A stretch of 64,000 nt of DNA. Origin: Cyanophora paradoxa CCMP329 (lineage: Eukaryota; Plantae; Glaucophyta). A program made the position numbers and the translations under genes. The stretch spans positions 1 to 64,000 of the forward strand of contig QPMI01000121.1 of assembly GCA_004431415.1 (NCBI GenBank). The letters run 5' to 3'. Under the pieces are notes generated by a model. It worked only from the letters and a program-made list of their open reading frames with translations, was not told the origin of the DNA and made no database searches. Positions 1 to 10,740 of this stretch are shown here, one piece after another (position 1 is the first letter of the stretch; every line of letters begins with the position of its first letter).

Positions 1-51
1 ACGCACACTAAATAAGGATTTCCTGACGGACCTGTCTTCCAGCCCGCGCAG

Positions 52-3000
52 GAACAGATCCTCGACAAGGCCGCGGGGGGTACCCTATTCCTATCCCTCC
101 ACTCCTATCAACCTCCTCCCCTCACGTCCCCACCTTCTCCCTTCCTCTCGCCCCAGTACCCCTGTTCCTGGTGGAGCTCTGCCGCCAGATCGGCATGCTG
201 GCGGGGGCGGGGGGTAGCAGCTCCGCCCGCGACGGCCTCCCGAACACGGTACCGTTGTACCCCCCGCACCCTTCCCCCCCGATTTCGTTCGAGATCGCTT
301 CGTTCGCAGATCCAGCAGGTCGTCCTGAGCCGCGTCGACAACCTCCCCGCCAGCGTCCAGGTACCCCTCTCTAAAGATCCTCCTCGGAGCCCTGCCAGAT
401 TGCTAGCGGCCGGGCGCCCTCTGATCCGGGCCGGGCCTGGACGCGGCGCCGGCAGGCGGTGTGCAAGCTGGCTGCGGTGGTCGGGTCCGGCTTCACGGCG
501 GCGATGGTGTGCGCCATGGACCCCACCGGCATGGGCCCCGAGGTGCCGCCGCCCGCCCCGTCCCGCCCCGCCCCGCCCCGCCCCGCCGCCCCGCCTGCCG
601 CCTGCCGCGCTGCCTTAAAGGGTCTAGAAATAGATCCGTATGGAAGAACGCTCGCCCTCGCTGAGGGCGCCCGCGCGCGCGCCGCCGACAGGTGGTGTTC
701 GACTCGCTGCGGGCACTGCGGGCCGCCGGCATCATCGAGGTGCCCCCCGGCCCCGCCCCCCGGCCCTCGGGCACGTAGGACCGGATCGAATCTGATCTAA
801 CCTCGCCTCGACCTGCTCACCTCGGCAGGTGGCCGGGGGCGCGTCTCGGGCCGGCTCCATCAGCAGCGGCAGCGGCGGCGGAGGGGCCGGCGGCGAGGAG
901 CAGCAGAATCAGGAAGACGAGGAGGATGGCGAGGAGGAGGAGGGAGACGACGAGGCCTCGCCCGAGGACGAAGGAGAGGGCGGGGGCGGGGGCGGGGGCG
1001 GGGGCGTCGCCCGGCGGCGGCGGGGCCGCGCCGGCGGCCTCCGCCTCAAGCTTCCCAAGGGCGCCCCTGGGGCCGGGGCCGGGGCGGGGAGCCCGTGGCC
1101 GGCGGCGTGGCCCCCGCCGGACCTGCCCCTCGACTTCACCCACGCCCTCGTCCGCGTGCGCCCCGCCCCGCCCCGCCCCCCCCCCCGCTCTGGCTGTTAG
1201 CTGTAGCTGTAGCTCTGGCCCCGGGCCCCGGGATGCCCTCGTCCGGGTCCGTTGGCGTCGCTCCGAGTCGAAAGAAAGAAAGGAAGCTCGAGCTCGAGTG
1301 AGGAGGCTAGGAGGAGGAGGAGGAGGATCGCCCTTAGATCGCCTTAGATCGCCCTCCCCGCCCGCGTTGCGTTCCCCCCACTAACAGCGGGGCGCGGCCC
1401 GGGCCCGGGCCCCGCAGGACGCGCTGTACGACTCGATCCCGCACTCCCAGCAGCGCGCCGTCCACTGCAGGCGCCCCGCCCCCCTTCCCTCTCCTCCCTC
1501 GCCGCCCCTCACGCTTTCCCCCGGCAGGCTGGCGGCGGTGCTGGAGACGCGGAAGCCGCCCGTGGAGGCCGCCTCCCTCGCGTGCGCCCGCCCCGCCCCG
1601 CCCCGCCCCGCCCCGCCCGCATCCGGCCCCTCCTAGCCTAGCCCTAAGAAGGAGCTCCTATCACAGAGAAGCTTCTAGAGATGCTAGGACCCAGAACTAC
1701 GAGGCGCCTCGCCCCGCCCCGCGCCCTCCTCCGCCCCCAACCGGCCCGCAACCGGCCCCGGTCCCGGCCTCTCCTGGCCCAGCCTAAGGGGGAGCCCCTC
1801 CTAGCCTATCCTACCGGTAGAGGGAGCGGCAGAGCGCTCGATCCGGCTCGCGGCTCGCTGCCGCCGGCGGTGGCTGACGGGGACGACCCCGCCTTGCTCC
1901 CGCCCCCGGCCCTAGCCTGGCGCCGCTTGCCGCGCAGAGAGCTGACGGGGCAGCGGGGCAGGCGGCACTGGATGCTGGGCGGGGAGGAGGAGCGCGCCGT
2001 GGCGCACATCGAGCGCGCCGCCGCCGCCGCCGTCCGCGCCCACGCCCTCCCCGAGGTCCGCGTGCTCTTTTTAGATTCTTCTTAGATCCAGAGTTTGTTT
2101 TACAAACCTAAATCCTAGATCTAGATATAGATCCTATTCTAGATCCTTCTAAGATTGTCCCGATGCCGCGACTCGGGTCGAGCGACGGCCTCGCCAACGC
2201 CGCCCCGCTCTGCGCTCTGAGGCGGGGCGGGGCGCGCGCAGGCGCGGCGGCTGCTGGGGACGCTGGTATCCATCATCGACGACCGCGCCCTCGCCGGGCC
2301 CGACCAGGCGCCCCCGCCCCGCCCCGCCTCTTCTTGTTCTTCTTCGCTGATGGGGCGCGCAGCCGAGCCTCCCGGCGCACCTCCGGCCCGCCCACGCCGA
2401 CGCCAAGGCTCGCCCCCCCCCCCCCCCCGCTCCCCCCCCCCCCCCCCCCCCCTGGGATCTGATGACTCTCCCCTCCCGCCGCTTTCCCTCCGGACCCGCG
2501 CGCGCGCAGGGGGCGCACGCGGGGGCGCCGCGGCGCGAGTCGGTGCAGGCGGACGACCCCGCCCGCGCCGCCCGCTGGCGCCGCGCCCGCTGGTCCGCCC
2601 GACCCCCGCCCCCCGCCCCGCCCCACGCTCGCTCCGCTCTGTCTCCTCTCCTCTCTCTCCTCCCCCCGCTTATCTTCTTCGCCCCCGCAGGACGGCGCTG
2701 CGGCACTGGTCCTCCATCGAGTACCTCCTCGGCCACCCCGACCGCGCCCTCGAGCTCGCCGTGCGTCCTCCTATACATGCACTCGACACATCGAGGCAAT
2801 CTCAATATGATCTTTCAATGATCGCATCCGACGCTTCATACTCTTTACATGTCTCGCCCAAACCTCTCCAATACAACTTTCATCTAGCGTCTCCTCCGTG
2901 CTTTCCCTGCGCCTTATTGTCCGTGCCCGCAGCTGGCGAGCCTGGCGGCGCTGGGGCGGCCGGCCCCCGAGCGCCACCTCACCGCTGTCGGCACCCTGCG

Positions 3001-6000
3001 TGCGGCCCCGCCCCGCCCGCCCCCTCCCCCCTCTCCTCCCCTCCGATTTGAGCGGCGCCCCCTCTCCTCCCTCAGGGCTCGTCGGCCGGTTCCTGCGGCT
3101 CCTCCGGCGGGACTCCACGTTCGCCTTCCTCCCCAAATGGGTCCGTCTGCCTCTCGCCTCCTCCCCTCCCCTCCACTTTGCTTTACTTTGATTTACTTTA
3201 CTTTAGGTGGGGGAGGAGGAGGCGGGGGAGGCGGAGCTGGAGGCGCACGCCGCCATCGAGGCGCACCTTCTCATCGGCATGTGCGCCCGGCCCCGCCCCG
3301 CCCCGCCCCCGCCCCCGCCCCCGCGCGAGCGCGAGCTCGAGGCGGTAGGATAGAGGCGAGGGAGCTAGGTCCCAGCTCCCCAGCTCGCTCGTGAGCGAGC
3401 TCGAGGTCGCCCGCCCGCCCGCGCGAGCTAGCTCGATATATAGTGAGGGGGCGGCTCGGCGTGCCTCGCCCGCTCCCCTCGATCTCGCGTCCGACCCTTC
3501 CTTGCGCGCAGGGCGACCTTCCGGGCGCGCCGCAAGGACGACAACCCCAAGGACGCCATCCTCTTCGCCGCCCAGGTCCCTGGCCCTGGCCCGACTCGAA
3601 TAGCGCTCGTGCATATTACTAAAGCAAATCCAAAACTCCAAATGTTGGTTAGATAGTGAAGCTTTAGCCTTAATTTAGCAACTCCTAGCCCGACTCGCCT
3701 CTCCGCTCCTTCTCCGGCGCCTCTGAGCCCTCTCTCTCTCTCTCGCTTCAGGCGGCGATCGGGGGCACGGAGATCGCGCACGTGGACGGGCGCGTCGCCC
3801 ACCCGACCGTGCGCTGCGCGGGGCCCCCACCCGGCGCTTCAAGCTTCAGCTGCGCGCGCGCCGGGGGGGGGGGGGGGGGGGGGAGGGGGGAGGGAGGGGG
3901 GGGGAGGGAGGGGGGGGGGGGCGGGGGGGGACTTCTGCGGGCCCGGCGTCTCTCTGACGTCTGACGCGCACGGCAGGTCTGCCGCGCGATCGCCTGGTTC
4001 GGCCTCTTCCTCCGCGGTCCGCCCGCCCCGCCCCCGCCCCGCCCCCTCCCGCCTCAAAGCTGAGGCGGGGCGGGCGGGGCGGGGCAGTGGCGGGGGCGGC
4101 GGGGCAGGCGGACCGGATGGTGGCGCGGGCGGCCGGCCTCGCCGACCGCCTCGCCTCGGACGTCGCCCGCGCCCACGTCCGCCCGCCCCTCCAGACAGGA
4201 CATCACAATAACACAATCTTAATGATCGATTGGACATAATAGCAGTAGGGCTTCTGAATCTCTCTCTTCTTCTTCTAATTCTGTGAAGGTTTATCATGCG
4301 GTCTAGAAGGCCCCCCCAAATCCGATCCGACCGCGCCGTCCTTCCCTCACCGCCCCCCTCCAGGTCCTCTGGGCCAGGCCTAGCATGCGATCTAGAAGGC
4401 TTGTTGCATGTGTAGTATAGGTCGCCCGCGCCCCCAAGCGCCCCTCACCTCCCCCGCGATTGGGCCGCGCCGCACGAGATTTTAGGTGAAAGGGCAGTGG
4501 AGAGCACTAGGCGTGCCCGCGGAGGCGGGCGGTGTCCCCTCTAGCCGTCCCGGAGATCGCGCAGCGCGCGAACACGGACCGCTTCTTGAACGGAAGCACG
4601 CCTAGCGCCTCCGCCACACCCGCGAGGGACCTAATTCCCTCGCCTAAATTCTACCGCGCGCCCCTCACCTCCCCCGCGATTGGGCCGCGCCGCTCTTCGC
4701 TCACCGCCAGGTCCAGGTCCTCTGGGCGAGCGGCTACAACTCGGCCGAGGCCGGCCGGTGCGCCCCCCCGCCCCCACGCCCCCACGCCCGTCCCCCCCAG
4801 CGCGCCCCTCGGAATTCGAAGGCCTGAGCCCAGCCCCCCCCCCCCCCTCCCTCGGCCGCAGCTTCGAGGAGGCGATCGCACAGTTCAGCGAGTCCACCCG
4901 CCTGTGCGCCCCCTGCCCCGGCCCCGACCCCGGCCCCGGCCCCGGCCCGCCCCCGCCTCGGCCCCACCCCCGAGGCTCTCTAGCTCTATAGCTCTATAGC
5001 GATCGCGCCCCGGCCCGGCCCGGCCCGGCCCGGCCCGGCCCCGAGTCGGAGCGGATCTAGGGCGCAGCAGCCATAACGTTGCTGACGCCTACCCGAGCGG
5101 CGTCGCCGTTGCCGTCGCTGACGCCGTCGCCGACGCCCCCCGGGCCGACCCGCAGGTACGGGGTGTCGCCGCTGCACGTGGAGCCGGCCCTCCTCGCCTC
5201 GCTCAACCTCGCCGTCGCCGTGCGCCCCGCCCCGCCCCGCTGGGCTTATCTAGCGGAGCCTATCAAAGCCTAGCGGAGCTTAGCTTGGCTCGGGAGAGAG
5301 AGCAAGGGTTTCGGGATCGATCTGCAGCTGTGGCCCGCCCCATCCCTCCCGCTGACGACGAGGGCCTCGGGCGCCGCCGGCGCCGCGCAGGGCCAGCTCG
5401 ACGAGGCGGAGGAGCGCGCCGCCGCGTGCGCGTCTGACGACCCTCGAGCTCGTCGGGCCTCGCCCTCTCTCTCGTTCTTGACCGGTACCGGTGGCCGCAG
5501 GGTCGCCTCCTACCTCGACCGGTGCGAGTCCAACGACAACGGTGCGCCGCTCATGCCCTCGCCTCCCCTCGCCCCGCCTCTGAGGCCTCGGCCCGGCAGC
5601 GGCGGCGACGGCGGCGGCGCTGCGGGCGCTGGCGCTGCTCCTCGCGGGGCGCGACGACGAGGCGGCCGGCCTCCTCGAGAGCTGCCGCATGGCCGTGCGC
5701 CCGCCCCGCCTCTGCCTTCGGCCGTGTGTTCTGCAACGAGATAGCTCGTCGCACGTGGAGAGTAGAGGATAATAAGAACTTGGTTCGGCTCACGGCGGCC
5801 GGTACACACGCAGGACGAGAGTGCCGAGCAGTGGGGCATCGGCGCCAACGCGCGGCTCGCCCAGGCGCGCCGGCCTCCCCCGCGCCCCGCGCCCCGCGCC
5901 CCCGCCGGCCGCTGAGCCGCAGAGCCGCGGGGGCGCAGGGCCTTCTGGCGTGGCGGCTGCGCGGGGACGCGGCGGCGATGCGGGCGCGGCGGAGCGGCTC

Positions 6001-7705
6001 GCGCGGCTCTGGCGCGCCGGCGTCCGCCGCACTACGCACTCCACCTTCTGTCCGCCCCCGTCTTCTTCTTCCTCCTTCGGCCGGACTTGTAGTGACAGCG
6101 TGGCGGCGCAGGGATCGTCGTGACGCTGCTCGACTTCGCGCTGTGGCAGGAGGCGCGGGCGAGGGACCTGGTGCGGCTAGCTGGCTAGCTCAGCTTGCCT
6201 CGGCTCTGGCGGCCCCGGCCCGCTTGGCTCCCGGCGCCTGACCGCCGGCCCTCGCTCGCGACCGCAGCTGGAGGCGGCGGAGCGGGCGGCGGAGGAGGCG
6301 GGCGGGGGGCGGCTCCGGGGGCTGCCCTCGTGGCCGGCCGCCCTCTTCGCCTGCGGCGGGGCGCGGGGCGGCCCGGGGCGCGAGCGGAGGCGGCCCGGCA
6401 CGTCCCCGGCCCCGCCTCGGCGCCCGCCTCGGTCTCCCCGGGCCCTCCTCGGGCCCTACCAGCCTCTCCGAGAGGGCCTGGGCCCCCGGCGGGTGCGTGC
6501 GCCCCCCTCGGGCGACCCGGCCCCGCCCTCGACGCCCCCGCACTCACACGCGCGCCCCCGGCGCGTGCGGGCGCAGGAGCCGCCGGAACTCGATTGGGGG
6601 CGGGGAGGCGCGTGTCGCGGCCGCGGCGTCCGCCCCCATCTCCCCCGGCGGGTCCGCCATCCCTCACCATCGCCACGCCCGGACCGGAAAATTCTAGAGA
6701 CCGGAAATGCCGTGGCGTGTTGATTTCCGCCACTGATTCGCTGAGCGATGGCCGTCGCAGGATCGCGTACGGGGTCGACCCGGCGGCGGCGCTCGAGGCC
6801 GCCCGGGAGTCCCTCGAGGAGGCCTCCCGCTTCCTCCGCGAGGCGCGCGAATTTCAAGCAGATTTCCGCCCTCTCAATTAATTCCCGCCTCCCAATTCCC
6901 GCGTCCCAATTCCTTACATAGATTTCAAGAGCGAATTCCCGCGCCCAGCTTTAGATGCGAAGGAACCAGCTGCAGGCAGATGCGGACTCTGTTCAGCCTT
7001 CCATGCATATGGGACTCGATTCTACGGGGAGCGCTATCCATCCTTCTCTAGCCGCATCGCCCCGGCCCCCCACGCCCCCCTCCCACTGGGCCATCGCCTT
7101 TAAATTTCCCCATCTCCCTTTTAATTTGCCCCCCGCCCTGCATTGACGGCTGCCGCGGGTGCGCACAGGTGACGGCGCTGCTCGAGGAGACGGCGAAGAA
7201 GCGCTTTCGCGCCCTCTCCCCGCTCCTCCAGGTGCGCCTCGCCGTTGACGATCGGCGGAATATTCAACCGCCGTCGTTCCCTTCCGCTCCGCTCCGAGCG
7301 CCCCTGTTCTCCGCTCGAGCGGCCTGTCGCATGCGCACCTCTGACGCTTCGCAGCTCGCGCGGGCCGAGCGCGCGGGCGCGGCGCCGCGCCGGCGGGCGG
7401 CGTGCCTCCAGGCGGCGCGCGAGGGCCTCGCGGCTGCGGGACTTCTTCCCCTGGCAGCGCTGGCGTCCCTGCGGCTCGCGCGCGCCGAGCCCGACGCGGA
7501 GGCCGCCGCCGACGTGCGCCCCCGAGCGCGCCCCCGCTCCTTCAGTTTTCGTCGGACGATTCTTCTCACTTTGGATTCTGTGCGGGGGCAGGCGTGGCGC
7601 GCGGCGGAGCAGATCGCCGAGGAGACGGGTCTCCGCCTGCCGGGCCTCCGCGCCGCGCCGCCGCCCGCCCACGCCGGCTACCGCTTCGCCTCCCTCTGGG
7701 TGTAG
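52..7705 (+). CDS. 3' portion (5'-truncated, multi-exon) of a STAND-class NTPase with TPR-like helical C-terminus, soluble adenylyl cyclase (ADCY10)/bacterial cyclase-AAA-TPR type
   Basis: Spliced exons read EQILDKAAGVPLFLVEL..GLPNT|IQQVVLSRVDNLPASVQ|AVCKLAAVVGSGF..|FTHALVR|DALYDSIPHSQQRAVHCRLAAVLE..LA|RHWMLGGEEERAVAHIERAAAAAVRAHALPE|ARRLL. This matches the GNP(L/F)F.EEL, LP.TIQ..I.AR.D.L, AAV.G..F, F.H.L.RD..Y and LA.HW..AG motifs of sAC-type STAND proteins. Stop TAG at 7703-7705. The P-loop and any cyclase domains lie upstream of the window. Confidence 0.8.
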
Positions 7706-7724
7706 AACCGGTAGTCTCCGTGTA

Positions 7725-7941
7725 CTGTAAGGCTATTATTTTAGATGTGTATTAATATAGGCGCGGATAGACGAGGTAACCCGTTCGTCTAACTAAATCC
7801 CCGCCTAACTGTGCCGAACGGGGGTATATCATAGTATCGCCTGTATGGAGCAGGCAGCAGCTCGTCTAAATTTGTCCACGTCTATTGTGGTGGGTGGACA
7901 AACGTCTAAGTTTGAACCCGTCTATAATAATAGCCTTACAG
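7725..7941. mobile_element. 217-bp MITE, TA target duplication (Tc1/mariner-like)
   Basis: TA|CTGTAAGGCTATTATTTTAGATG ... CGTCTATAATAATAGCCTTACAG|TA; 23-bp TIRs with 2 mismatches; AT-rich non-coding interior. Confidence 0.8.
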
Positions 7942-8294
7942 TACTACTACTAGTATATGCCGCGCATTGCATGCAAAACGCATGCCGCAGCCTGGCAGTG
8001 CGCCCATTAATATTCGGCCCTGAATCATTGAATCCCTGATGTGGCCCCGGCGCCGGCGCCGGGCCGCCGCCGGCAGACCGTCGGACTCCCGCCAGTCCGA
8101 CGGTCTCCCGGGCCCGCAGACTGGGCCGCAGGCCCGCAGCCTGCAGTGCATATGCATGCCGCATGCGCAATGCGCATGCCATGATATCGATGCGCCCGGC
8201 GGCCGCCGGCGCAGTACTGCCAGACAGTGCACGTGCCAGTACTAGTACATGCGCACTGCGCACCGCAGATAGATATATAATTAGTACGTACCGG

Positions 8295-8575
8295 TAGCTG
8301 TTCAACGGTTTCACGTGCACCGCGCGCCGGGCCGGCAAACTTTGAAATCGGCGGCAATTAGCCCGACCGAACTCGTTCAGGCTTTTTTCCGGCGACTCGT
8401 CGTCGAGTCGTCGACGAAAGACCCCTACTAATGACGAAACGTCACGAATATTTATTATTAATTCGAAAGAGTCGGAAAGACCCCTAATCATGGCCGCATG
8501 ACCTGGCGGGCCTAATGTTCCCTAATTTTCCGGCGACTCGTCGACGAAAAAACACTGTTGCTGAGTGAAACAGAT
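8295..8575. repeat. Possible degenerate MITE with internal direct repeats
   Basis: TTTTCCGGCGACTCGTCG..ACGAAA at ~8385 and ~8526; GAAAGACCCCTA at ~8415 and ~8474; ends only weakly inverted. Confidence 0.35.
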
Positions 8576-8646
8576 GGTATACCGTCATGCGTCCTTGAGT
8601 CACGGCGTACGGTACGTCGTGTAGCCTCGGTGTAGGCTGTAGCTAT

Positions 8647-9078
8647 CAGGGCTGTCAGCCGGAATATTCCAGCCTGCCAGGCTGGAACGTTCCCGGAATA
8701 TTAGAAAATTTTGGGAAAATTTTCGCGTCCCGTTTGCCGCAGTGCAGGGGGAAAATTTTAGGAAATTGAATATAATTTAATGATTATTTTATTCATTTTC
8801 ATGATCATCCCTTTTCTGCGCCCCCTCCCCCGCCCTTCTGACCCCACCAGGGGCCTTGCATTTCCTTCTCCAAGCTCCAGAAGGCTGCCAGGCTGTATAC
8901 TGTCTCTCAGAATGCTTAGTGTGATGTTATCTTAGTGCTTCGCAGCTTTGAACGTGTGTCTGCGGTGCGCAACGCACGGTATTGAGAATTTTCTATGCGG
9001 AATATTCCGGGAACGTTCTCGGAATATTCCTCAAAATTTTCTGGTCCATTTTGGGGGGGTAAAATTTTGACAGCCCTG
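8647..9078. mobile_element. 432-bp non-autonomous hAT element (MITE)
   Basis: 11-bp perfect TIR CAGGGCTGTCA/TGACAGCCCTG; perfect 8-bp TSD GTAGCTAT (8639-8646, 9079-9086); inverted subterminal GGAATATTCC/GGAACGTTC motifs. Confidence 0.92.
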
Positions 9079-9105
9079 GTAGCTATATACTCAGTGACTG
9101 TATAC

Positions 9106-9341
9106 GTAGGCGTAGTTAAATTGCCGCGTAGTAAAATTGCCGAATTCGTCCAAAACCGGGATCGGATTGCCGCCGGGCCGTGACAATTGCCGAATCCAGA
9201 TTTCTGCTCTATGGCAGGCTAAGCAAATACCTCCCCCCTCAGCAATTGCCGTCAAAGGCCGGCCCGTCATACTAAATTGCCGAATTCCGCCTCTCGGCAA
9301 TTTACGGCAATTATTTACCACGGCTAAAAAACTACGCCTAC
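9106..9341. mobile_element. ~235-bp MITE with subterminal (A)ATTGCCG repeats
   Basis: 12-bp inverted repeat GTAGGCGTAGTT/AACTACGCCTAC (possibly a TA TSD plus GGCG termini); six ATTGCCG copies forward and two CGGCAAT reverse. Confidence 0.7.
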
Positions 9342-9940
9342 AGTATACTAGTAGTACGCCGCTAAGTACGGCCCACGTCCGACGGTCACGGGGCCACGTG
9401 CACTGTACTGGCCATGGACCGGGGGTCCGACGGTCCGGCCCGTCCGGGACATGTACCGTAGATGTACTACGGTGATAAAATAATTAAAATTTAACACGGC
9501 GGCCGGCCGGCGAATTTCGTTTGCATGTGATAATTTCGCTAAAACAAAAAGCTCCGAAAAAAATTCAGCCGGCTGTGGAGTCAGTGTGGACCCTGTGGTA
9601 TATCGAAACTGACGAATCACTGACAACTGACAGTTTGTGAGTGTTTCGGTTTCAGGCGGGGCACCTTCCGAAGCTTAAGTTCGGACTAGACTCGGACGTA
9701 CGGGCCCTACTACGGGGTTTAATTTTCATGTTGCAATTGACGGTACTAGTATACGTATATATAGTACCAGGGCCCTATTCTAGTCTAATTACAACGGTAC
9801 CCCAGGGGCCAGGGCCCAGATGATGGGGGGCCAGATCTAGACATATGTCACATACACTAGTACTGAGTCAGCATGCGCATTGCGCATGCCGCAAGCTCCC
9901 AATATTACTAAGTTAATGCAGCCTGCCATGGCCAGCTATA

Positions 9941-10186
9941 CCGTAATCCAGGAAAATATGACGGTCAAATTTATGTCGTTTGAAATCCGGACCCTTCTCT
10001 ATGAGAAATATGACGTCCCCAAATTATGTCGGCATGAAATTTTCAGGCTTGTATAGGTAAATTGGGGGGGTAGCACTAAGCACGTCCTACTATGTCGTCC
10101 TCAAATTATGTCGTCATGTCAAGTTTTCGGCGACATAATTTGGGGATGACATAATAAAATGCAGACCTTAATATTCTGGATTACGG
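9941..10186. mobile_element. 246-bp MITE, CCGTA termini with TA TSD (pogo/Tc1-mariner-like)
   Basis: TA|CCGTAATCCAG ... CTGGATTACGG|TA; internal AAAT(T)ATG(T/A)CG repeats in both orientations. Confidence 0.85.
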
Positions 10187-10740
10187 TAGCTACCGGCGTA
10201 CCGGTACGTATACCGCAGCTACCGCTGCAGCTGCCAGCCTGCCACCCTAGGCCTGCCAGGGCTGGTCCGCTGGTCCGCTACCGTACTACGGTAGTTACGG
10301 CGTAGTACCGGGCCCGGCGGGGTAGCGCGCGCTAGGCTGAGCCGCTAGCCCCTGTGCGCCGCCGCAGCGCCGGTAGTGCGCAGCAAATACTAGTATACGT
10401 ATATATAAGATAAGCTTTCAAGCCTTGCGCCGGCGGCGAGCTGGCCGCCGGGCGCTCATCAGTTGCGCGGGATTACTAGTACTGCACGCCAGCTGCAGCA
10501 GTGACCATCGACCGCTTCGATTCGACTGCGTCGGCAGAACTGTACTACGGTAGCTTCGGCGGCCACGGGTGGCCCAGCCTGGCAGTGGCTCCGCTGCCAG
10601 ACCGGAGGTTCCGGAGGACAGAGGTGATTTCAGACTCGAAGCTTATAGCAAGGCGTAAAGCTTGACTCAGTGATGTTCAGGTGCGTTTCTCGGTCGCGGC
10701 ATCTCACTCGCTGTCAAGTTGCATTTGTCTGGATCTGACC

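Noticed and set aside
9106-10186. Regularly recurring short motifs as a CRISPR-like array
   Set aside because: Repeats are 7-11 bp, irregularly spaced, in both orientations and inside TIRs, which fits MITE subterminal repeats; eukaryotic context and no cas genes.
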